A stretch of DNA of 64,000 bases, from assembly GCA_965369625.1 (NCBI GenBank), contig CBDUQW010000004.1, positions 5,391 to 69,390 of the forward strand, in the 5' to 3' direction. The translations under genes and the position numbers were made by a program. A model generated the notes under the pieces. It made no database searches and had not been told where the DNA came from. It worked only from the letters and a program-made list of their open reading frames with translations. This document shows positions 17,782 to 25,196 of this stretch, piece after piece. Numbering within the stretch: the first letter of the stretch is position 1; each line of letters opens with the position of its first letter. This DNA comes from an uncultured Thermoplasmata archaeon (lineage in GTDB: Archaea > Thermoplasmatota > DTKX01 > GCA-020343715).

Positions 17782-19989
17782 ATGGCAGATGACGATGAGC
17801 CAGTCCTGCACGAGTTCTGCATACGCGGTCTCCACTGCAGCGACTGCGCCGACACCGTCGAGAACGGCCTCGAGCGGAAGGAGGGCATCTCGGCCGCCGA
17901 TGTCCACCTGGGCAGCGGGAAGGTCTGCGTCACCTACGACCCATCAGCGACGGACCCAGGGACCATCGAGCAGGCCGTCCGCAGGATGGGGTACGCCGTG
18001 GACAGGGGAGACGCGAAGGAGGACGGAGAGGTCCGGAGGAGCGGAGAGTTCCGCGCCACGGTGGCGGCTGGCGTCCTGCTCCTCGTCGGCCTCATCATGG
18101 AGTACGGCCTGCCGGAGCACCACGTGGTGACCGTCGGAGGCGTGGAGGTCTCTGCCCATCACCTGGTCTACCTCGCCTCCATGGTCTTCGGTGGGGCGTA
18201 CATCCTGCGCAGCGCCATCCGGTCGACGATGGCCTTGACCTTCACGGCCTCGGGCCTGATGATAATCGCAGCCATCGGGGCCACCGCGATAGGCGAGATG
18301 GCCGAGGGCGCCGCCGTCCTGTTCCTCTACTCCCTGGCCGAGCTCCTGGAGGCCTGGTCCTCCGAGAGGAGCCGCAGGTCGTTGCGAGCCCTGGTCGAGC
18401 TGGCACCCGAGCACGTGAGGGTCCTACGCGACGGGACCGAGGTGGAGATCGAGGTGGAGGAGGTGGTGCCGGGGGACATCGCCGTGGTCCGACCTGGCGA
18501 CAGGATGCCGGTGGACGGCGTTGTCATCACCGGCGAGAGCTCCGTCAACGAGGCCACCATCACCGGCGAGGCCGCGCCGGTGTCCAAGGCCATCGGGTCG
18601 CCCGTCTACGCCGGCACCATGAACGTGGACGGTGCCATCGAGGTCGAGGTCACCGCCGACGCCCACAACACCACCCTCAACCGGATCATCTCCATGGTGG
18701 AGGAGGCCGAGGACCGGAAGGCGCCCGTGGAGAGGTTCATCGACCGCTTCGCCAGGTACTACACGCCCGCCATCCTCCTGGGGGCCCTCCTGGTGGTCAT
18801 CGTGCCCACCTTCGTGTTCGGCAGCGACAGCGAGACCTGGATCTACCGGGCCCTGATGCTGCTGGTCATCGCATGCCCGTGCGCCCTGGCGATCTCCGTC
18901 CCGGTGGCCGTGGTGTCCGCCGTGTCTGCAGCCGCCAAGGACGGCATCCTCTTCAAGGGCGGGGCCTACATCGAGCAGCTGTCCGAGGTGGACGTGGTGG
19001 CCTTCGACAAGACGGGCACCCTGACCACCGGCGAGCCCCAGCTGGTCGAGGTGCGGCCCGTCAGCGGCTGGAGCAGGAACGAGGTGCTGGCCCTCGCGGC
19101 GGGCGTCGAGGAGGGTTCCGAGCATCATCTGGCCGTGGCCGTGCTCCAGGGTGCGCATGGATCGAACATCGAGCCCCTGCCCGTGGACGGGTTCAAGGCC
19201 CTTCCGGGCAAGGGGGTCCAGGCCACCAGGACGGACACGGGCTGCCAGGTGGCCCTGGGCAACCCCGGCTGGGCCCGGGAACGTGGGCTTGCCCTGGACG
19301 AGGATGCCATCGCGAAGATGGCCGCAGAGGGCAGGACCGTCGTCATCGTGAGCCAGGATGACGACGTGGTGGGCCTCCTGGCCTTCTCCGACACCCTCAG
19401 GCCCTACGCCCTCGAGTCCATCGCGGCCCTCGATGACACGAGGACCTTGCTCCTCTCTGGGGATTCCAAGGCCGCCGCGAAGGCGGTGGCGGGCGAGGTG
19501 GGTATCACCGATGTCTACGCGCCCCTACTGCCCGAGGAGAAGGTGGACATCGTCCGGCTCATACGGGCCGACGGGCACAAGGTGGCCATGGTCGGCGACG
19601 GCGTCAACGACGCGCCCTCCCTGGCCGAGGCGGATGTGGGCATCGCCATGGGGGCCATCGGCAGCGATGTGGCGATGGAGACGGCTGACATCGTTCTCCT
19701 GCGTGACGACATCGGCCTTGTGCCCACGGCACGGCGCCTCTCGAAGAGGGCCATGCGGGTCATCCGCCAGAACATCGCCCTGGCCATCTCGATCAAGGTG
19801 GCCATCGCCATCCTGGTCTTCATGGGCCTCGCCACCCTCTGGATGGCCGTGGCCATAGGCGACATGGGCGCGTCCCTGGTCGTGATCCTCAACGCGCTGC
19901 GCCTGGGCATGGGCCGAGGGGCGGACCACGCACACCGGTCCTCCGCCGAGGGAGCGCCCCCGGTCAGGGCGGAGGCGGGACCGGCCTAA
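17782..19989 (+). CDS. cadA: Heavy-metal-translocating P1B-type ATPase (Zn/Cd/Pb, CadA/ZntA-like)
   Basis: HMA domain GLHCSDC, TGE, CPC, DKTGT and GDGVNDAP; TM7 K and TM8 DMG. Confidence 0.93.
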   Translation: MADDDEPVLHEFCIRGLHCSDCADTVENGLERKEGISAADVHLGSGKVCVTYDPSATDPGTIEQAVRRMGYAVDRGDAKEDGEVRRSGEFRATVAAGVLLLVGLIMEYGLPEHHVVTVGGVEVSAHHLVYLASMVFGGAYILRSAIRSTMALTFTASGLMIIAAIGATAIGEMAEGAAVLFLYSLAELLEAWSSERSRRSLRALVELAPEHVRVLRDGTEVEIEVEEVVPGDIAVVRPGDRMPVDGVVITGESSVNEATITGEAAPVSKAIGSPVYAGTMNVDGAIEVEVTADAHNTTLNRIISMVEEAEDRKAPVERFIDRFARYYTPAILLGALLVVIVPTFVFGSDSETWIYRALMLLVIACPCALAISVPVAVVSAVSAAAKDGILFKGGAYIEQLSEVDVVAFDKTGTLTTGEPQLVEVRPVSGWSRNEVLALAAGVEEGSEHHLAVAVLQGAHGSNIEPLPVDGFKALPGKGVQATRTDTGCQVALGNPGWARERGLALDEDAIAKMAAEGRTVVIVSQDDDVVGLLAFSDTLRPYALESIAALDDTRTLLLSGDSKAAAKAVAGEVGITDVYAPLLPEEKVDIVRLIRADGHKVAMVGDGVNDAPSLAEADVGIAMGAIGSDVAMETADIVLLRDDIGLVPTARRLSKRAMRVIRQNIALAISIKVAIAILVFMGLATLWMAVAIGDMGASLVVILNALRLGMGRGADHAHRSSAEGAPPVRAEAGPA

Positions 19990-20270
19990 TCCTTCCCGTT
20001 GTTGCCGCTGATACCTTTCATGACCGAGCCGGGGATGCCGAGCTCCTTCACCATCTTGCGCAGGCTGACGGTGGAGGTGTACCTCTCCGCCAGCTTCCCG
20101 GCCGTCTCCCGGTCCATGCCCGACGCTTCCATCCTCTTTTTGAAGATGACCTCCGCCCGCTGCGCCTTCTTCTTGGCCTTGAGGAAGCGCCAGCTGAGCT
20201 TGAGGATCACCTTCGGGGATTTTGCGAGCACGATCCCTACCAGCTTCGGGATCTCCTCGCGCCTGGGCAT
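19986..20270 (-). CDS. Hypothetical small basic helical protein
   Basis: ATG 20270 after SD GGAG; C-terminal motif similar to the neighbouring gene. Confidence 0.7.
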   Translation of the reverse strand: MPRREEIPKLVGIVLAKSPKVILKLSWRFLKAKKKAQRAEVIFKKRMEASGMDRETAGKLAERYTSTVSLRKMVKELGIPGSVMKGISGNNGKD

Positions 20271-20289
20271 CCTGTCTCCTCCGTCGGGA

Positions 20290-20595
20290 TCACTGGTCAT
20301 CGTCGCCGTTACCGCCCCTGTGCTTCGAACCGATGGCCTGGCCCACGGCCGACATGGGCGAGAGGGAGCTCATGTACCTCTCCGTCAGCTTGAAGGCCTG
20401 GTCGGGCTCCATCCCGGCGTCGATCAGCCTGGTGTAGAAGGTGGCGACGGCGTCGCCGTACTTCTCCGCGTTCTCCTTGCTGTAGAGTATGTCGCTGAGC
20501 TTCTCGAGGAGGTCGGGGATCTTCTCCGATACCACCTCGAGGATCTCCGCGATGTCCTCGGGGCTCATGTTCGGCCCGTGATGTTCGTCGTGCAT
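20290..20595 (-). CDS. Hypothetical small acidic helical protein
   Basis: SD AGGTGA before ATG 20595; host-like codon usage. Confidence 0.78.
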   Translation of the reverse strand: MHDEHHGPNMSPEDIAEILEVVSEKIPDLLEKLSDILYSKENAEKYGDAVATFYTRLIDAGMEPDQAFKLTERYMSSLSPMSAVGQAIGSKHRGGNGDDDQ

Positions 20596-20662
20596 TCATA
20601 TCACCTTGTACCCACCTTGCGTGACCACCGTTATTATGGGTGGTGACCAGAAGTGGTCACGG

Positions 20663-21142
20663 CTACCTGCGGAGGCCGAGCATCCTGTACCAACGGTCCG
20701 AGACCTCCTCGGATATGGCGTACCGGGTGACCCCGTTGGGACCGTCCTTTGCCACCACGATGTCCCAGTCCAGGAGCTGCTGGAGGCGCTCGCGGACGAT
20801 GGTCCGGGACGCCGAGCCCCGTCGGTCCCTGAGCTGGTCGGTCATCTCCGAGACGTTGAGGTCGCTCTGCTCGAAGAGCACCTTGATGACCTCGATGGAG
20901 ATGGGGTCCTTGACCTCGGGAACGACGGCCTCGGGGGAGATGGAGCCCTTCTTGTGATAGAGCTCCAGGAGCCTGAAGTAGTTGCCCGCGAGGCGGTTCA
21001 TCCCCTCCAGCTGGGACATGAGGTCGCTGATGGGACGGGTGGCGGCCCGCAGGGCCTCCTCCAGCTCGGCCACCTTCTCGCCGAGCTCGTGGATCTCCTC
21101 GCGAAGGGCCTCGTTCTCCGCGTCCTCCTCGTCCTGCGCCAT
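20663..21142 (-). CDS. Coiled-coil + winged helix-turn-helix protein (putative transcription regulator)
   Basis: N-terminal heptads (LREEIHELGEKVAELEEAL), then LNVSEMTDQL...SRTIVRERLQQLLDWDIV plus a wing. Confidence 0.78.
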   Translation of the reverse strand: MAQDEEDAENEALREEIHELGEKVAELEEALRAATRPISDLMSQLEGMNRLAGNYFRLLELYHKKGSISPEAVVPEVKDPISIEVIKVLFEQSDLNVSEMTDQLRDRRGSASRTIVRERLQQLLDWDIVVAKDGPNGVTRYAISEEVSDRWYRMLGLRR

Positions 21143-21203
21143 CGCGAGGGCATTCGCTGAGCTGTATATAATGATTATAGGAAGAAAGTGCAGACGCCCC
21201 CGT

Positions 21204-22151
21204 CTACTCCTTATCCTCTTCCGGGACCTCGGTCTCCTCCTCTGGGACCTCGGACTCTTCCGGGACCTCGGACTCTTCCGGGACCTCGGACTCTTCCGGG
21301 ACCTCGGACTCCTCCTCTGGGACCTCGGTCTCTTCCTCTGGGACCTCGGTCTCTTCCTCCGCCTCGACCTCGGACCCTTCCTCCGCCTCGACCTCGGGAT
21401 CCGCCTCCTCGGGCACCTCGGACTCCTCCTCCGCCCCTTCCTCGGCGGGGGCCTCATCCTCGGTCTCCTCCTCGGCCTCCCTCTTGACGTAGACCTCGCG
21501 GAAGGTCACGGTGGTCATCTCCGCGATCTCGCGCATGTCGTTGACCAGGCGGAGCTTGGCCAGGGTCCAGTTGGGGTCGTACTTGCACATGTCTGGCAGG
21601 GTCACGATGATGCCGTCGTCGCCCTCCATCTCCAGCTCGAACTCGTCCTCGCGGCCGTAGTTCATGGCGATGATGGCGCGCACGGTCTCCTCGCCGCTCT
21701 CCGGCTTGCCCACGACCTTGTACTTGTAGCGGAGGGTCTTGCCCGCCAGCTTGTGGTTGTAGTCCACCCTGACGCGGCCGGCGAAGATGCCGGATATCCA
21801 GCCCGTCTTGTTCCGGATGGTGACGACGCGGCCGTACTCTGGCTCGACCTTCAGGCGGGCCATCTCACGCATGGAGTGGGTCTCCACGTTCTTGGGGTCG
21901 CGCTCGCCGTAGGCGTCCTCGGGAGGGACCTCCAACTCGTACTCCTTGTCGACCTCGGCCTCGAGGATGTGCTCGTCCAGGCCCTTGATGAGCCTGCCGG
22001 TGCCGATGACGGTGTACATCGGGCCGTACGGCTTCTCCTCGTCGTAGGCATCGTGCTCTCGGGCCAGGTCTTCCTTCGTGGTGTCGAAAAGCTCGTCTGA
22101 CCCGGCAATCCAGCCCTCGTACTCCAGCTGGACGATGTCTCCCTTCTCCAT
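21204..22151 (-). CDS. slyD: Long-type FKBP peptidyl-prolyl isomerase (SlyD-like) with acidic repeat tail
   Basis: MEKGDIVQLEYEG...FDTT, PPEDAYGERD and DYNHKLAGKTL; SD GGAGG before ATG 22151. Confidence 0.93.
   Translation of the reverse strand: MEKGDIVQLEYEGWIAGSDELFDTTKEDLAREHDAYDEEKPYGPMYTVIGTGRLIKGLDEHILEAEVDKEYELEVPPEDAYGERDPKNVETHSMREMARLKVEPEYGRVVTIRNKTGWISGIFAGRVRVDYNHKLAGKTLRYKYKVVGKPESGEETVRAIIAMNYGREDEFELEMEGDDGIIVTLPDMCKYDPNWTLAKLRLVNDMREIAEMTTVTFREVYVKREAEEETEDEAPAEEGAEEESEVPEEADPEVEAEEGSEVEAEEETEVPEEETEVPEEESEVPEESEVPEESEVPEESEVPEEETEVPEEDKE
21221..21430. repeat. 18/21-bp coding tandem repeats (E(E)SEVP / ETEVP)
   Basis: GGGACCTCGGACTCTTCC units in the slyD 3' end. Confidence 0.9.
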
Positions 22152-22301
22152 CTCTGGACCTCCTGGTCGCCCTAGGCGCAGGCGGCGTAAGGAACGAGGG
22201 GTATATATGTTTTCCTCGGACATGTACGTTATTGGCAATATCAGAACGCATTCCAGAAATCCTTTATACATGGCTCTGCCTGTAATAAATCGGAGTAGCT
22301 T

Positions 22302-25196
22302 GTGGTATTCGGCCACGGCAACCTTCACTCATCCATCCGCGATGAGAACGGTGGTTCCTTGAGCGTTGGGGTTTGGGAACGTTTCCCTGGTGCAAGAACA
22401 CACGATAGTCCTCTCATATTTGTCCTACTGACCATGCTCCTGATTCTCATCGCGGTCAGTACCTTTGTGATGGATTCCGGGGCTTCTGAGATGGTGGATA
22501 ACTACGAATGGAAGACCCCCGAAATGAGCCCGGAGAACGGATGCGATCAGTGGACCGAGGGTATCCTCACCGACGAGGTGACTGGCGAGGTCTATATAGT
22601 ATACCAGAACCGTGAACCTTACAGCCAGAATTGGTCAGACGATAGCATCGTATGTGCTCACCTCAATCCGGACACAGGGACCCTTGACGATCGATGGGCC
22701 TTCAATTACTCTGAAGACAGCTCGTACGTGTATCTCTATTTTCCCCGAAACAGGCAGTACCTAGTCCATGATGGTCACTTCTACTTCCTTTACTTCACGA
22801 ACCAGGACCGTAGGATACACCTGAGGGTCGACGACATGGCAGAGGATAAGGCGACCTGGGCCACCGACGAGTTCCAGTTGACGATACTCGGCGTGGAAAA
22901 TGGTAATCTACTATTCCTCATGAACGATTGGGGAAGGGACACGATTGTCCTCTTCACGGTTTCCTTATCGGACTTCACAACGACGAGGAAGGACATCATG
23001 AGCTATTTCTTCGAGGTGACTGGTCATAAATTCCTCTTCCGAAACCGGACCGTCCATGCACTTCTCTGGAGGCAGACCAGGCATGGAAATGATTATTCTT
23101 ACGACCTTATGATTGACAGGTACTACGTAGGGTTGGAGCTTAGGATGGGGCCAACGGAGGTGGACCTGGACACGATGGATTATTGGGGCACAACCCATTT
23201 CGACCTTGACTCCGAGGGGTACTATCATATTCTTTACGGGGATTATACTGGTGAAAATCAGGGACTTCACAAGGTCTCATCCTCGGGGGATGTGGTCACC
23301 TCGGTCGAGATTGGCCATCTCATGGACGATATTGATGTGAACTTCTCCGAGTCCTGGCTTGATGTCCTGGTAAATAGGACGGACTACGTTTACATTATTG
23401 GTCGTTTCATACCGAACCACTTCGGCAATGGCGTATTGTGCTCCCTTATCTTCTCCTCTGAATATAATGAGGAGGTTGAACGAGATATTATTTATTCGGG
23501 GCCATTCAGCCTGAATACGGCTCACAACCATTTCGGTATGAACGGCACAGGTGCTATCTTCACCGTATGGTACTCGATTGAGGATGATCTCTATCGCGTC
23601 TTCTTCTCATTTCAAATACCTCCCACACCAGACCTAGAGCTGAGCCCCTCTGGATTCAGCTTCCTTGAGGTGGGCGGGGCAACAGAACCTATCCATGTTA
23701 CTGCCCTAGTAAGGAACATCGGTAGGGCAAGCTCCCGCTCCCATTGGATTGATATATCGTACTCCCTGGACGGATATGAACCGTTCGTGAATGTCCTGGA
23801 CCTGAGGATGGACGTTCCCCTCGATATCAATGAGACGCATGCATTCGAACCCACCATGGCCCTCCCCCAGGGGAGTCTGATGCTGCGGGTAAAGATCCAT
23901 AATGTTACCCCCTATGAGAATAACAAGGCGAACAACGTCCTCCTTGGGTGGTTCTTCGTCTCGAATAATAACCCACCGACCATCCGGGTTGACCTACCAG
24001 CGGATGGTTCCACCGTCCAAGACAATATAGTGGTCTCGGGTTCGACACAGGACGTGGACATCGGGGGAGAGGTCACGACCATCATTACAGGCCTGCCTAC
24101 TCTCACAATCTCCTTCGAGGGAGTGGGTCCCTGGAACCGAACGGTCGACCTCGGGGACATCCCCAGCGGGGTCTACACCTTGAGCTTCCGAGCCTACGAT
24201 GGCCAACACTTCTCCGAGGTCATCTACAGAATGGTGAGGGTTGCGCGGGCCGACGACCGACTGAGGATGGCGTCCCTCTACCCAATTGGTGATGTGACCC
24301 TCATCGAGGGGGGGGAACAAGCTTTCTTCTTCAACGCCACGGACCCCCTGATGAACGATCTGGATTATCGATGGCGGATGGATTACGGCACTTGGAAGGA
24401 AGGGGACAGCCTCTTCCTATTCAAAGCCGGGGAGGTGGGAGACTTCCGTCTCGGCGTCGAGGTCTCCAACGGTTTTACGAACCTCTCCCATGAATGGAAC
24501 GTCACCGTCATCGAGCTCATAATGCCCCGGATCGGGGAGGTCAACCCGGCAGGACCTGAGATCACAATGCGTAAACGTGAGGGGCTCGAGTTCTCGGTGG
24601 AGATTGTCAATCCCCACGAGCAACCATATTCAATAATCTGGACGCTGGATGGGGAGGTGTTTCCAGGGAATGCCGTCCATACCAGGTCCCTTGTATTCGC
24701 GTTGAGTGGCCGACACACCCTCTCAGCCCGGTTGTTCACTTCCTCCACTCAGGAGGCTGTCTCATGGAACATCTCGGTCCCGAACCAGGCCCCACTGGTC
24801 GAATCCTGGAGCCCGGAGAACTCGACAGTCGTCATCGAACAGGAGCAGGAGATGGTCTTCGAGGTAAAGGTCACCGACGGGGACGGTGATGGCCTTCAGT
24901 ATCTCTGGTCCAACGGGGACCTTCGAGTGCCTGGTCAGGACTCTCCATCCTGCATCATCGTGCTATCTGCCGCGAGCGAGACCGCCTACTCCATCCGGGT
25001 CGCCATCACCGATGGCGAAGCGACCACGGTCCACGAATGGAGGGTCCAACCTGTGCTCTCCGAACAAACATCGGAGCCACCAGAGGATGTACCACCGTGG
25101 AGAACCGTCTCCGCCGGGCTACTCATCTTCCTGGTCGTCCTCGGAGCCATTGGTCTGTCGTATCTCTATATTCGCTCCAAGGGGGGATCGAGTTGA
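22302..25196 (+). CDS. Large cell-surface protein, paralog A (novel N-domain, CARDB-like and Ig-like domains, C-terminal TM)
   Basis: Signal-like hydrophobic segment; PDL...VRNIG...YENNKANN CARDB-like motif; NQAP/DGDGD Ig modules; visibly lower GC than the flanks. Exact start uncertain. Confidence 0.8.
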   Translation: MVFGHGNLHSSIRDENGGSLSVGVWERFPGARTHDSPLIFVLLTMLLILIAVSTFVMDSGASEMVDNYEWKTPEMSPENGCDQWTEGILTDEVTGEVYIVYQNREPYSQNWSDDSIVCAHLNPDTGTLDDRWAFNYSEDSSYVYLYFPRNRQYLVHDGHFYFLYFTNQDRRIHLRVDDMAEDKATWATDEFQLTILGVENGNLLFLMNDWGRDTIVLFTVSLSDFTTTRKDIMSYFFEVTGHKFLFRNRTVHALLWRQTRHGNDYSYDLMIDRYYVGLELRMGPTEVDLDTMDYWGTTHFDLDSEGYYHILYGDYTGENQGLHKVSSSGDVVTSVEIGHLMDDIDVNFSESWLDVLVNRTDYVYIIGRFIPNHFGNGVLCSLIFSSEYNEEVERDIIYSGPFSLNTAHNHFGMNGTGAIFTVWYSIEDDLYRVFFSFQIPPTPDLELSPSGFSFLEVGGATEPIHVTALVRNIGRASSRSHWIDISYSLDGYEPFVNVLDLRMDVPLDINETHAFEPTMALPQGSLMLRVKIHNVTPYENNKANNVLLGWFFVSNNNPPTIRVDLPADGSTVQDNIVVSGSTQDVDIGGEVTTIITGLPTLTISFEGVGPWNRTVDLGDIPSGVYTLSFRAYDGQHFSEVIYRMVRVARADDRLRMASLYPIGDVTLIEGGEQAFFFNATDPLMNDLDYRWRMDYGTWKEGDSLFLFKAGEVGDFRLGVEVSNGFTNLSHEWNVTVIELIMPRIGEVNPAGPEITMRKREGLEFSVEIVNPHEQPYSIIWTLDGEVFPGNAVHTRSLVFALSGRHTLSARLFTSSTQEAVSWNISVPNQAPLVESWSPENSTVVIEQEQEMVFEVKVTDGDGDGLQYLWSNGDLRVPGQDSPSCIIVLSAASETAYSIRVAITDGEATTVHEWRVQPVLSEQTSEPPEDVPPWRTVSAGLLIFLVVLGAIGLSYLYIRSKGGSS

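Noticed and set aside
21221..21430. Possible CRISPR array
   Set aside because: Units are contiguous, multiples of 3, in frame within slyD, with no unique spacers and no cas genes.
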